A stretch of 64,000 bases of DNA from Octopus vulgaris (GCA_951406725.2 OX597826.1:33046001-33110000), one strand, 5' to 3'; counted from the first letter of the stretch, positions 14,030 through 29,424 are shown. Numbers and translations are program-made. The notes: generated by a model from the letters alone, not told the origin.

Positions 14030-14335
14030 ATCATGTTACGTCCGTGTTCCAAGCTGGTGTGTTGTCCATGGGTCCAAGAGCTGCATCATGCCTCAGTGGA
14101 TACTTTGGGGTTTCACAAAATCCGATGATTCCAAGGACTGCACTGTGCTTTGAAGTCGGCTTTGGGTGTTTGACAAGATCTGATGAGACTGAGGACCACA
14201 CCATGCTCCAATTGTCTGCTTTGGTATGGTTTCTATAGCAACATGCACTTCATAATACCAACCACCTTAAAGCATGTACTGGGTGCTTTTTCTATGCTGC
14301 TGGTACTATTGAGGTCATCATGAAGTTCACAGGAC
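14030..14335 (-). mobile_element. Highly degenerate RTE 3'-end copy
   Basis: TTACGTCCGTGTTCCAAGCTGG next to (CAT)n; CATGCACTTCATAATACCAACCAC...GGGTGCTTTT. Confidence 0.6.
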
Positions 14336-16008
14336 TATGAACCCTGAGCGGGACGTGGTTCAGTGGGCCAAATTTATGTTAGAGGACAATGGGTTAAACA
14401 GGGGTGTAAGAACAAGTTCTTGTAGAGGATATGCATGGTTGCTCACATTTAGAAGAAGAAGAATAGGAAGAATAGAGAGCAAGAAAAGAAAATAATCAAT
14501 ATGAGCTGCAATGATATAGATAATGACAAAGAGGTGCCCAGCTGACCCTACAAGGCACAGTGTAAGTAGAAGTGGGAGGGTAGTCTTCAATACTGCATGC
14601 AAACCTGTCAAAACGAATTAGTATTTGAAACTCTGACAATATCATTGTATCCTTTGGCAAGTTACTTAACCCACAATAACATACAAGACGTATTAATTTT
14701 GACTACAAATTAATACATAAACCTAAAAATTCTCCAGTTCACATTCAAATAGGAAGTCTTTGTTTTTAGTTTTTATTATGTTTTTTTTTGTTCTATAGCT
14801 GAAACAAGTAGTAGAATAAAAGAATAAATACAATTAATTGATTTCAGATTAATAACTCAGAGCAGAACTAATATCTTCAGGGATTTGATTTGTGAGCAAC
14901 AGTCAGTCTTTGGGCAGTGAGTGGGAGTTTCTTATTGATTTATTGATGTTTATGTGCATCAGAGAATGTAAACATATCAAAAGACAGACACATAAATATT
15001 CCCAATCTACAAATCAGGTGAAGTGACAACCATGATATTCCGCTCAAGGGCCCAGAGCTATTGATGTTGCTGTTTTTGCTTCCCCTACTTTTACATACCA
15101 TTCTCTTTAGCAGGTTTCCTTCTGAGCAGAGGGTTCCCACATGACATTTACTACCACACTTGTAGCACCTAGGTCTTCAGCCATGAATAATTTCAATCTT
15201 GTTTAGCAAGTGACTTGATCTAAGATCTGTATTGAAACTGAAGCAGTTACATCATGGGAAATTTATTCCAGCTAGCCAAGTGAAACAGCTTTGCATGAAG
15301 GGTGAGATGCCTCTCTGAAGATGGAATTAACTACCTAAGTGAAAATAGGTACCATGTGTTATATGAACAAACCTGTCACTTCATGTAGTGAAGTAACACT
15401 GTTAAATTATCAACACCAACAACTGTTTTATTTGCTTGAAGTGCCAAGCATTTCTTTCATTCTTAATTGTCATTCAGTGCTGTATTAAACATGGTGCCAT
15501 CTTTGGACTGTTCCTGTAAGGCACCATTTTGTTAATAAGAGGGAGAGATAGAGAAAGGGTGATTGAGAATAAAGTTTCTTATTTGGCATGTGCCATCAGT
15601 AATTACTCAGGGTAGGAAGTAGGTGACCCTTATGTAGTAAAACAGATAGAAAATAAGTGAAACAGCCGTGTGATTGAAGTGAAAGCAGATATACTTCTGC
15701 CTTTATAGCACGTAAAGAAAACGGTGTTGTAGGAATGTATGCAGCTTGTGTACTACAGCAGTCCTATGCATAGCTTAAATACTGAGATTGAACGGCAGGA
15801 GTGAATTATGCCACCCTAATCTACAAAAAAGTTTTTAAAATATTTTGCATTTTATGCATAATAATGAGAGTAACCGTCATAATTTTATTGAATTAGGTAT
15901 ATATTTTGCCATAAAAGGAAAATGTTGCTATTGATATATTTTATTCAAGGCAGGCACTGACTACCTTGCCTATCTAGGTGGCACGTCCCTAGTATATACA
16001 TACATACA

Positions 16009-16069
<61 letters not shown>

Positions 16070-16113
16070 ATATATATACATATATATATATAAATATATG
16101 TGTGTGCATATTT

Positions 16114-16600
16114 GAGTACAGGACATCACCAACAGTAAACAACATGAAATACGAAAACAAATGAGTTAAATATGCAAACAATGAGAGTAAAAATGTAAAA
16201 CAAAACAGAACAAGTAACACAAAGAACGACCCTTCATCAGTTATCGCCTATCTTTCTACTTCTCATTTCGATCATTGAACCACAATATGAGACTTTGAAG
16301 ACAGTTGCTCCTATAAATGCCAAAAAAATTTTTGGATCTATGGAGGGTCAAAGTTGTGAACAAAAACAGAACAGTGGAGGCATACAAGGAAGCCGAAAGA
16401 AAACAAACATTGAGGGTTGTTAGACCAGAACAAGGGTAAAATTGCGAATGGTGGAGAAATATTTTCTTTGGAAAGAGAAAGATAGAAAACCACCATTCTT
16501 TAGTACGTCCTGGAGGAAAAGCAAGATGGTCATGCGAGGAAAAGAAAGATGGAAAATGGTCATATGTGAGCAATGAGAGAAAGAAAAAGAGAAAGTGGGG
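16114..16600 (-). repeat. Dispersed repeat in (TA)n, possibly a Penelope-like terminus
   Basis: Homologous to 52635-52905, and partly to 46760-46895 and 4843-4962. All begin (G)NACAGGACA-CA on the plus strand next to (TA)n. Confidence 0.7.
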
Positions 16601-16666
16601 AGAGAGAGAGAGACAGATAGAAAATTGTAAAGGGGAGATAGATATATATTCATATGTATATTTATG

Positions 16667-16700
<34 letters not shown>

Positions 16701-16711
16701 CATATGTATAC

Positions 16712-16742
<31 letters not shown>

Positions 16743-16896
16743 AATATATATACGAGGTGTATATATATATATATATATATATGATATAATACAATACTAT
16801 ATTATGTATATATACGTATAAATTGAATAGAATATATAATTGTTCATTTTACTGTTTTGCTTTTCCATTTCTGATTTACATTTATATATACATGTC

Positions 16897-16942
<46 letters not shown>

Positions 16943-16952
16943 TGATAGCTAG

Positions 16953-16983
<31 letters not shown>

Positions 16984-17417
16984 CAGATATATGTTCAAGG
17001 TCATATTTTGAAAAACTTAGGTGTCGGCTAGTATTAATATCACTTAACAGGCAGAGAAAATTCCAAAAATATAGAAAGAGAAGTGAAAACAAATATTAAA
17101 TATATATATATATACCTAAAACAAAACATTAAGAACTAAATAGAATCAGCATTCTTTTTTTTCAGAAACATTATCCTAAAAATAAGGATCATCCCCACCA
17201 TCACCATCACCATCACAATCACCACAATCCTACCAGCTTCACTATTGCCATCATTATCAGTAGTGTCATCACTGTCATCGTGATCAACAACAACAATAAC
17301 AACAAATGATGTCTTTGTTTTGCCCACCTTACTGACATTAAGGTTAATTGGGAAAGATCTTGTTCTATTAACCTCCATTATTCCAATAAGAAATAAGAAA
17401 TATACATACACACACAC

Positions 17418-17496
<79 letters not shown>

Positions 17497-17671
17497 CATA
17501 TTTATATTTACACACACACACACATATATATATATAAATATAGGTGTACATGTGTGTGTACATATATATGTATATGTACACACACATATATATACATGCA
17601 CACATATATATACACACACACATGCATACATATGTAAATATCTGTATCTATCTACCTGTGTGTGTGTGTAT

Positions 17672-17705
<34 letters not shown>

Positions 17706-18224
17706 TCATGCATATACATATAGACACATACATATATATGTCTATATATGTATATACCTATATATATCTATATCTATCTATCTCTTTACCTATACATATG
17801 TTTATATATGTATGTATGTATATATATGTATTTATACAATTGTGTGTGTGCATGTATGTGTGTATATATATATATATATATGCATATCCATAGTCGTAAA
17901 TTGTATTATTCCCTACATACTGTTTTTTTTGTTTGTTTGTTTGTTTTGCTCTCCTTCTTCCTCATCACATTTAATCCCATAAAAGCTAAAAGGATATTTG
18001 TCCTTCTGTTAACACATGGAGAGAAATTAGCAAAAGGAGATGTGAACAAAAACATAGGAAATAAAAGGGTTAGGGTTAGGGTATTTGGTAGGGTGGGAGT
18101 TGATGTAGAGGTGGGGGTCATGAAGGGGGAAGAATTGAAATGAATGAGATTTAAAGAATACGGGAGCTAAATAATGTTTGGTGTGGCATGCGAAGAAGTA
18201 AATACCTCACACATATATGTGTAT

Positions 18225-18263
<39 letters not shown>

Positions 18264-18420
18264 CATATACATATGTGCATATGCACATGTATACCTATAC
18301 ATTTGTATATATATGTATATGTATATATATATGTCTATACATGCATATGCACATATACACAGGACCACATAGAAAGGTGTGTGTATATATATATACACAC
18401 ATACATACATATATATGTAT

Positions 18421-18472
<52 letters not shown>

Positions 18473-18626
18473 TTTTATATATATATGTATATTTATATAT
18501 ATATATATATACACTCACACACTACACACACTATGTATGTATTTATAGAATTGATATATGTATATGTTTATATATTTATATGTATACATATATCTATCTA
18601 TTGATAATTATATATGTGTATATATA

Positions 18627-18679
<53 letters not shown>

Positions 18680-18719
18680 ATGAGTGCGTATATTTGTGTA
18701 TATCTATATATATATATGC

Positions 18720-18769
<50 letters not shown>

Positions 18770-18964
18770 ATATGTATATATACATTATAAAGATGATATG
18801 CACGTTTTTATGTATATATCTTTCAATAGAGTTTGACCCCGATATTTTTTGACAAGTTTACCTGGAACTTCCCAGAACCTGTCATTTCATTTGCTATATT
18901 AGGGTTTATCTGTCACTTTGCGGATTCATTGATTCAATAAAGACATTTCCAAATGGAAAGAATC

Positions 18965-19612
18965 AGATGTATCATCTTCAATCCCGCTACCACTGCCATC
19001 ATCATCATAATCATCTTCATCAACGTCTTCATCAAACATCATCTTCAATCCCATCACCACTACCACAACTGCCATCAGTGTCATCGCCATCATCGTTGTT
19101 GTAATCATCATCATCACCATCATCATGAACATCCTCATTATCATTGCTTTCATCATAATCATTATGACCATCATCATCATCATTGTCATCACCATCACCA
19201 CTACGATGACCACCACCACCACCACCACCACCACCATCATCATTATCATCATCATCATCCTCCTCCTCCTCCTCATCATCATTATCATCATCAGCCACCA
19301 TCACCAACACCACCATCACCACCATCATCATCATTATCATCATCAGCAGCAGCATCAGAGGCATCAACATTAGGATCATTATCCTCATCTCCAGCATCAT
19401 CATCACCACCACCACCACCACTACTACCACCATCACCTTCAGCAGCAGCAGCAGCAGCATCAACATCAGCATCATTATCCTCATCTTCAGCATTATCATC
19501 ATCACCACCACCACCACCACCACCACCACCACCATCATCATCTTCATCGTCATCATCGGTATCAATATCAGCATCATTAACCTCTCCTTCAGCATCCTCA
19601 TCCTCATCATGT
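18965..19612. repeat. Cryptic (CAT/CAC/CAG)n trinucleotide tract
   Basis: Period-3 low complexity. Similar tracts at 13830-14030, 45270-45415, 54115-54870 and 56365-56660. Confidence 0.9.
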
Positions 19613-20224
19613 TTACAGCTGGTTTTTTTTTTTGTTTTTTGTCCATATCGCTGTGTTTCTCTCTAAGTACCCTCTCTGCAATCTAATGAAATGACAAGCC
19701 AGTAAGAGAGCTGATGTATCATACATTAATCCCCCTCGAATTAACCATCCAATCTTTCCTCAAATATTGCCGTCTTAAAGATTTAATACAATTCAGATTG
19801 TGTAGTAACCCAGTATTTCTTGGATCAATGAGTTAGCCTGTAAGACATGGGCAAACTCCAGCCTGCAGCTTTTTCTGAGTGGAACCACCAAATGAAAAAA
19901 TTACTTTGAATTTAATTCATTGTAGAAACCACCTCATGTTGGTCTCTCAAAAGCAGTTGTCCATGCTTGTGTTTTGAAGTTACTCACTGTGTTAGAAATA
20001 ACTGTCAAATCTCTCTCAACTCACACTTCTGCTATCATATATAAAAGTCTGCATAAAGTGTGGTGGTGTGGTTAGGTATTTGTTTCCCAACCACATGGTT
20101 CTGTGTTCAGTCCCATTGTCTGCCACCTTCTGAGCTATAGCCTCAGGCTGACTAAAGCTTTGCAAATCGATTTGGTAAATGGAAACTGAAAGAAGCCTGC
20201 TGTGTGTGTGTGTATGTGTGTGTG

Positions 20225-20592
20225 TGTATCTTTTATCTTTGACTTGTTTCAGTCATTAGACTGTGGCCATGCTGGGGCACTGCACTGAAATCGACCCCAG
20301 TACCTATTTTTGTAAAGCTTGGGACTTGTTCTATGAGCCTCTTTTGTCAAACTGCTAAGTTACGAGGATGTAAACACACCAGCACCGGTTGTCAATTGAT
20401 GGTGGTGGGGTACAAACTCAGACACAAAGACGGAGTTCTCTCAGTTTCTGCCTACCAAATCCACCCACAAGGCTTTGATCAGCCCAAGGCTATAGTAGAA
20501 GACACTTGCCCAATGTGCCTTTGCAGTGGGACTGAACCCAGAACCACGTGGTTGAGAAGCAAACTTCTTAACCATACAGCCATGCCAGTGCC
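20225..20592 (-). mobile_element. Family-A SINE; a plus-strand head-only copy lies at ~20055-20200
   Basis: Reverse complement of the family-A consensus. Confidence 0.83.
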
Positions 20593-20664
20593 TGTATACA
20601 CACACATACATAGATACATACATACATAAACATATACATAAATATATATATATATATATATATA

Positions 20665-21196
20665 GACCTGTCGAGGCAAGTGAAAATCAAAACAAATCAA
20701 AATAGATGAACATCAATGGAATTTGTATCTTTGTGGTACCAGTGCCGGTGGCACGTGGCACACAAGAAAACCATCCGAACGTGGCCGTAGCCAGTACCGC
20801 ATCGACTGGCCTCCGTGCTGTGGGCACGTAACAAACACCATCCGATCGTGGCCGTTTGCCAGCCTCATCTGGCACCTGTGTCGGTGGCACATAAAAACAC
20901 CATCCGAGCATGGCCGTCTGCCAGCCTCGTCTGGCACCTGTGTCGGTGGCACATAAAAACCACCATCCGAGCGTGGCCGTTTGCCAGCCTTGTCTGGCAC
21001 CTGTGTCGGTGGCACATAAAATCACCCACTACACTCTTGGAGTGGTTGGCGTTAGGAAGGGCATCCAGCTGTAGAAACACTGCCAGATCTGACTGGACTG
21101 GTGCAGCTTTCGGGCTCCCCAGACCCCAGTTGAACTGTCCAACCCATGCTAGCATGGAAAGCGGACGTTAAATGATGATGATGATGATGATGATGA
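20665..21196 (+). mobile_element. 5'-truncated RTE LINE 3'UTR copy with an internal ~62-nt tandem array
   Basis: Aligns to 60630-61154 (GAGGCAAGTGA...CAATGGAA...CCAGTGCCGGTGGCA...GGAGTGGTTGGCGTTAGGAAGGGCATCCAGC...(GAT)n). Confidence 0.88.
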
Positions 21197-21658
21197 TATA
21201 TATTCAATTTTGGTGGATTAATCGATATGCGGGTTTTCCATCTCAGATAATACAAAAATAACCTAATGAGTATATCTTACAGTAAGCTCATGGTATCAGT
21301 TTGCACATCACGAAATAATGCTTAAAGGATATAACCAAAATTTCCAGTAGGGTATATAATTTACTCCATTAATTATATCATACTTTAGTTAATACTTATA
21401 TTTATTAGATATGAAGGAACTACACATGTTTCAGTATTGGAAGATTACAATATATACTATACATATACACAACAGTATACCCATATATATATATATACAT
21501 ATATAAATACATATATGCAATTGTCAGATTTACAATTATTCCAACACATCTTCAGGTTCTATTTCAAAATATTATATATCTAATTTTACATCCCTTAAAA
21601 TATATAAGTATATATATGTGTATATATATATGTGTGTGTGTGTGTGTATGTTTGTGTA

Positions 21659-21763
<105 letters not shown>

Positions 21764-22952
21764 GTGTGTCTTTGCATCTGTGTTTCTCCCCCATCACTGC
21801 TTGACAACAAGTGTTGTTATTTTTATCTTCCTGTAATTTGTGGGTCAGGAAAAAGGGACCAAGTGAATAAGTACCAGGGTTAAAAGAAATAAATAAGTCC
21901 TAGGGTCGATTCAATTGAAGGTTGTACCCCAGCATGGCCACAGTCTAATGAAATGACTGAAATGAGTTGTTACGATGAAAGGCTAAATAATTTGGGTGTT
22001 GTGACACTGGGGTTGTTACACACACACATGGAAGATGGATGATAATCTCAGTTATAATACTTGTGTTTGTGTCTACTTGGGCGGGGTTGACTCATGGCTA
22101 AACACCATCACCACCACCACATCTAACAACAACAACAACAATTGAGTGTTTGAAAGGATGGATATAAAAAGAAACAATTACAATGAAGAATCAAATGTGG
22201 GACACGTTTTCTGCCGACTATCGGCTATTCTTACATGATATCGGTCAGCAATTCAACAGGTCCGAGCATATCGCTGTATAACATATACATACACACATAC
22301 ATACGCACATACATACACATATACATACACATACATACATGCACACATACATACACGCATACATGCATACAAACACACATATATTTACCTGCATATATAT
22401 ATATGTACATATGTGCAAATTTGTATAAATATATATAGGTACATATGTGTGTATATACATATATATATAAACACACACACACACACATGCATACATATAC
22501 ACATACACACATATATACACATACCTATATATACCTATATATACAAGTTGTGGTGCACCTGAGCACTGTATACAATAATTTCCTTATTATTATTATTATA
22601 CACACACACGCACATATACATATACATATCTATTTACCTATATATATATGTATATATACACACACATATATATACACATACATATCTATTTACTCATATC
22701 AATATATATATAACTACCTATATATATTATGCATATATATGTGTATATATGAGTAAATTTGTATAAACATATATATATATATAGGTACATACGTGTGTAT
22801 ATATATATGTATATGTACATAAACACACACATGCATATATATGTCTATACACATACACACGTATATATACATACCCATATAACTGCATATATATATGTAC
22901 ACACACATATATACACATACATATCTATTTACTCATATCAATATATATAAAT

Positions 22953-23238
22953 GCAAATATATGGGAAACTACCACCTGTGTCATTTCTTGTGAAAGGTAA
23001 GAGAGTCCAGTTTGCTGGACATTGTTGTAGAGCTGAAAAAGAGGTAATTTCCACTCTTCTCCTCTGGAAGCCATCTACTCGCAATACCAGAGGGCGCACA
23101 CTCTCCTACCCTGATGTAATCTCCAGGGATACAGGCATCCAGCAACAGGACCTCCGTAATGCCATGATGGACCGTGAAGTCTGGCGTAGCATGGTAAATT
23201 CCATTGTCTCGACCACGGTCGAGACAATGATGATGATG
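22953..23238 (+). mobile_element. 3' fragment of a second, RTE-like LINE family with candidate 10-bp TSD
   Basis: QIYGKLPPVS...RVQFAGHCCRA...LLLWKP...LRNAMMDREVWRSMV, a typical post-RT C-terminus. (GAT)n tail. ATATATAAAT at 22943-22952 and 23239-23248. Confidence 0.8.
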
Positions 23239-23804
23239 ATATATAAATACCTATATATATATATGTATACATATATTTATATATGTTTAGTTATATATAT
23301 ATATATACTTATACATATGTATATACATGTATACATATATATATAAATATATATACTTACAAATATATATATATATATATATATATACTTATATATGTGT
23401 GTGTTTGTGTGTGTGTGTGCGTGTGTGTATGATCGCGTCAGTTATGTACGTAATTACCTTTGTCTAGTCTCCCATTTGATCAATTTAAATTGTCTTTATG
23501 TAAATGTATTTATTGTAAATCTCTTTGAATTGATTGTCTTTACAACTTATTACACGTGACTATGTCATAAAGTAACCATTACTAATGACATGTGTTCGTT
23601 AATGGCACACCCAGTACATCGTTGGCTCGATCTACACATCATAGCTATCCAATCTATTTCGTCTATCTATCACTCAACATCTTTCTCTCTCTACCCTTTT
23701 CTGTCACTCTCTCTCTCTCTCTCTGTCTATCTAAGTATTATTATCTATCTGTATACACAGATGTATTTGTGTGCGTATATGTGTATCTATATCTATAGCT
23801 ATAA

Positions 23805-23934
<130 letters not shown>

Positions 23935-24130
23935 ACTCTTTACTCGTTTCAGTCATTTGACTGCGGCCATGCTGGAGCACCGCCTTTAGTCGAGCAACTC
24001 GACCCCGGGACTTATTCTTTTTGTAAGCTCAGTACTTATTCTATCGGTCTCTTTTTGCTGAACCGCTAAGTGGCGGAGATGTAAACACACCAGCATCGGT
24101 TGTCAAGCAATGCTAGGGGAAAAAACACAG

Positions 24131-24173
<43 letters not shown>

Positions 24174-24323
24174 GGCTTCTTTTAGTTTCTGTCTACCAAA
24201 TCAACTCACAAGGCATTGGTCGGCCCGGGGCTATAGTAGAAGACACTTGCCCAAGATGCCACGCAGTGGGACTGAACCCGGAACCATGTGGTTGGTTAGC
24301 AAGCTACTTACCACACAGCCACT

Positions 24324-24325
<2 letters not shown>
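23935..24325 (-). mobile_element. Family-A tRNA-headed SINE, best-preserved copy
   Basis: Minus strand: GGAGTGGCTGTGTGGTAAG (A box)...GGTTCAGTCCC (B box)...CTTGGGCAAGTG (CORE-like)...internal (TA)n...GCTCCAGCATGGCCGCAGTCAAATGACTGAAAC. Confidence 0.88.
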
Positions 24326-24378
<53 letters not shown>

Positions 24379-24488
24379 TTATTTATTATATATGTAAATA
24401 TCAGGATAAGAAATCCTTGCTTATCCTATTTACTTCTCTACTCAATTAAGTTTAAACCTCTTGAGCACTATTAAGTGTATTGTTTCTG

Positions 24489-24617
<129 letters not shown>

Positions 24618-24931
24618 ACACACATACACACATATACATATTAAAATAAACAACAGGATATCAAGTAGTAATGCAGTACGACCGTTTCAACTGGCTTCCT
24701 TTAATTGAATAATGCAATCATTACATTAATTTATATGCAGTGCCATCTTCAGCTGCACAAATAAATAAATGGAATTTGAACAAGTAGGACATATCAATAT
24801 CATTTTTCTGAAATATTTTAACAGAGCAAGAAGATGGAAGAAATTCATGCTATATATATATATATATGTATATATATATACACACACACACATATCTATG
24901 TATATACACACATATTTGTATGTATATATAT

Positions 24932-24968
<37 letters not shown>

Positions 24969-26585
24969 CACACACACATGTATATATATGTGTGTATGAG
25001 TGGGTATATATATCATATATTTATGTCTATATATACATACATATGCAAGCACACTCATACATATATGCATACATTCATACATAGATGTGTGTGCGTGTGT
25101 GTGTGTGGTTGTATTGATTCTGTATGCACTCTTGACTAACCTAAAAGAATCAGGTATCATTGACTTGTAGTGTGTATACATAGCCGTGTCTATCAATAAA
25201 TATTGATCACTAAATAAAAGCTATTTTGCAAAGTCAGGGACGCACGTTCTAAAGAAGTCAATATTATTTGCAGGGTTTGCATTCCTAATTCGTTGACAAG
25301 GTCCACAACAAATAAAAAGTAAAGCAAAACAAAACTGTAAAGTGTGGGTGGGTGGAGTTGAGTGAAACAACTCGCAAAATTCAAGAGGCTATCTTAGGTA
25401 CCTGGCTGAAATGTTCGGCCTCGACCACCACCCTTGGATCTCCTATGCCCTGGACCAGTTCACTAGCTAAATTCAAGCCCCACCCACTTTTTTATGGCCA
25501 TTGGTTGTAGTTATATCACTTGACAAAATGTTATGAATTCCCTTCAGAGGACAAAAGAATATTTAAGGTTGTAAGATATACTACTTTCAACTTCCTCCCC
25601 CTCCTTTTCCTGCTGTCCCTCCTCCTCCTCCTGTTTCTCCTTCTCTTCCTCCTGGTTCTACTCTTCCTCGTGCCCCTCCTCCACCTCTCCCACTCTTCCT
25701 GCCCCTCCTCTTTCACCTGCTTCTCCTCCTGATCTTCTTCCTACTGCTGCCCTCCTCCTGCACTTGCTCTCCTCTCCCTCCTCTTCCTTCTCCTCTTGAT
25801 CCTTTTCCTGCTGCTGCTGCTCCTCTTCCTTCTCCATTTCCTTCTCCTCCCAAACTCCTTCTTGCTGCTGCTGCTCCTCCACTTCCTCCTCCTCTGCTTC
25901 CTCCTCCTTCCCATCCTCCTAAAAAAGTACTGGAGGTTGATTCATTTGACAAAAAAATTCTTGAAGGCAGTGCTCCAGCATGGCTGCAGTTTAATGGCTG
26001 AAACCCATACAAGGATAAAAGATAACGATAGTCACTGATTAGAATATATTCTAAAAGAAAAAATTCTCTGGTTCACATTGGATAAGGGAACAAAAAAAGG
26101 GGTCTGTAAAAGAGAATCCTTAATTTACGATTAAAATAACTTCATCTTTTTTATGGACTTTTATATACAAAATATGGTGTATGTGTGTTGTTGTTTTGTA
26201 TACATGTGTGTGTGTGTGTGCGTCTATGTGTAAGACTGTTTGTATTGTACCAGAGGATATATATTCATGGGTACATATATGAAATTCTCTAAAACAATTT
26301 TATCGCCAAATACCATAATATAACCAGTTTCGATAAAATCTACAGAAGAACATTAGGAAGAAATTCCCAAGTTGGTGACTTTCATGCACTGAGCTTTCTC
26401 TCTTGGTAATACAACACACACACAAACATTATATATACACATCATATATATATATATATATATATATATTTATTTATTATATAGAAGGAGCTTCTACAGG
26501 ACTAGTACTGTTTCATTAATTTTACTCTGCTATGTATTGAGTACCTTACTTACTGTGGTTAACCCCGAATCAACCCGGGACCTAC

Positions 26586-26634
<49 letters not shown>

Positions 26635-28081
26635 CACACATGCATACATACATATATGCATACATATGTATGTAAGTATATTCTAAAGCATGGGATATAC
26701 AACTTATCTATTTCATCATTAGTTTACTACTGCTGCTGCTACTACTGCTACTGCCTCCACCACCACCACCACCACCCTAACCAGCTCCCTTCTGCCTTTC
26801 CTCTTCCTTTCCTTCCTTTTCGTTTTCTTTTCTTCTTCATCTTTCTTCCTTTCTTTCCTTCCTTCCTTCTCTCTTTCTTTCTTCAACCTGTAAGCACATA
26901 GCCCTTTCACCCTCATGAGAAAAATATCTTGCTCTCTCTCTCTTTCTCTCTGTCTCTCTGTCTCTCTGTCTCTCTCTCTCTCTTCGTTCTCCCATAACAC
27001 TTCTTAATTCCTACAATTATCTGATAAACAAACGTACATTACAATAAGCAGTTGCTTTCAGACATCAACCGATTCCACCACGATTCCATGAGACTTACTC
27101 AAAGCTGACATTAGAGTCTGAACATATTGGAGAAATATGTTTAGCTACAATGAAGCAAAACCCGTAAAATGGTAGATTCTAATCAACTTGGTTTCTTTTA
27201 TCAACAGGAAAGCATATTTCTTAGAATTTTAGTTTGGTTTTCTTTGGAATTTAGTCTGGATAAAAATCTTTCTCTTTCAATAAGTCTATAACGAAATTTT
27301 TTTATTGTTGTTTACTTTTGTTGTCTTTTTGCTTGTGTGATTGTTTTGTTTTGCTTTATTTTTTTCATTTTTTAAAAATCATTTCTCAAAAAAGAGTTTT
27401 AAGGTGTAACATGTTTGACATGAATAAAACAGCAGGAAATATTGAAAATGGTAAAAAAAAAAAATCAAAAAAAATCCTTTAACAAGATCCAGATGAAATG
27501 CAGACTTTGAAATATTTGTTTTCCTTTTCTTTGCAAAAATAACGATAAAAGTAAAACTAAAATAATAAAGAAAAAATTAAATAAATGAAAAGTAAAACGG
27601 GGTTACCCCCACCATACTAAAAAGAACAAAAATTCCCAGATAAATAGAAAATGGAAAATTTGAAATAAAATAGGAGAAAATTGCATGGTGCAAGAATAAT
27701 CTAACAACATCAACTTGTTTTCTCATCCGACATTTGTTTCTCATCAGAAAATGAAAGAACTTTAAGAAAACAGACAATGGTGTACCAAAGTTGTACCGTA
27801 GAGAATTCAGGAAGTAGTTTGGGACATTATTCTTTCTAATTTTGGCACAAAGCCAGCAGTCTTGTGGAGAGTTCCCAAAGTCAGTTACAATGATAGCTGG
27901 TGTTTGATTGGTGCTTTATCTTATTGACTCTGAAAAAATTAAAGGGTAGGAACTCAAAGTTGGAAGAAATGTTGCTAAGAATTTTTTCCATCAAACTAAT
28001 GATTTTGCCAGCTTGTCACCTTATTATCATAATCAGCATCCTCCTCCTCCTCCCCCCCCTCATCCTCATCCTCCTCATCAT

Positions 28082-28094
<13 letters not shown>

Positions 28095-28132
<38 letters not shown>

Positions 28133-28390
28133 TTAACGTCTGTTTTCCATGCTGGCATGGGTAGGGCGGTTTGAATGAAAATTGGTAAGCTGGGGCACTG
28201 CACCAGGCTCCAATCTAATTTGGTATGGTTTCTACGGCTGGATGCCCTTCTTAATGCCAACCACTCCAAGAGTGAAGCAGGTACTTTATACATGCCACTG
28301 GCACGGGTGCCAGTTTGGTTACACCCTCACTTGACTTGACAGGTCTTTTCAAGTACAGTATATAGCCAAAGGTCTTGGTCACTCATCACT
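28095..28390 (-). mobile_element. RTE 3'-end copy
   Basis: (CAT)n TTTAACGTCTGTTTTCCATGCTGGCATGGGT...TTCTACGGCTGGATGCCCTTCTTAATGCCAACCACTCC. Confidence 0.82.
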
Positions 28391-28631
28391 GCCATAGAAA
28401 ATAACCTTTTTTACAATAGGGGCTGGATAAAGTTAGTTGGGGTCCGGGTTGAATTAGCTGATTGCATTGACTGCAGAATTCAAGTAGAATCCCAGAAGGA
28501 TGAAGGGCAATGTCGACAGGGGCAGGATTTGAACTTAGAATCTGAGGATGGATGAAGCATTTTGCTTGGCTTGTTAATGATTCTGCCAGCTCTTGTTGCT
28601 TTAAATTCTTATTTTGTTATTGAACATAGGT

Positions 28632-28670
<39 letters not shown>

Positions 28671-29361
28671 CTGTGTGTGTGTACGTGAGCGTGTGCGTGT
28701 GTGTGTATAGAAAAATAGAAAAATGATGGTGATGATGATGATGATGATGTGTGGAAAGTAGAAAGAGCGACAAAAAGAGAAAGTGGGAAGCGGAGCAAAA
28801 GTGAGGGAAAGAAGGAGAAAGCATGAGCAAGAGAGAAAGAGGAAGAGAAAGAGTGACTAGATGAGAGAGGGTGAGGGAGAAAGAAAGAGAGAATGTGAGT
28901 GAGAGAGAGAGAGAAGGTGTGAGGGAGGGAATTCTAAAGGGAGATGAAGTTGGTCGTAAAAGTTCCAAATCTTGAATTAATTCTGTGATGTTTTGAACGA
29001 CGTAAACCGATGGCTTTCACAGTTGACAGCAAAAAAATGTTTCTAAAACAAAAAAGAGAAGAATAAAACAAAAAGACAAAAAATAATTAAAAAAACGTTA
29101 ACGAATTGGTTTAATCCACAAAATAAACGGAGAAATATTCCTGGCATAAAGATTAGAGGCGAATGTTTATAAGTCGGGTGTTGTCCATTATATGTTGGGT
29201 AACTTTAGAAGTCTCCTTGTGCCACCATGGGTAATCATTGAGCTGCTTCAATCATTGGGGCTGTGGTCATGCTGGGGCAACACCTTGAAGTGTTTAGTTG
29301 AACGGATCAACCCTAGGGCTTAACATTTTAAGTCTGGTATTATATATATACATGCATATAC

Positions 29362-29424
<63 letters not shown>

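Noticed and set aside
18068-18082. Telomeric TTAGGG repeat
   Set aside because: Only about two units.
19843-19970. Small hAT-like MITE (CATGGGCAAAC...GTTGTCCATG)
   Set aside because: The TIRs are short and degenerate, and I found no 8-bp TSD.
20771-21020. CRISPR-like regularly spaced repeats
   Set aside because: Whole units are similar with no unique spacers. The array lies in a LINE 3'UTR in a eukaryote, with no cas genes.
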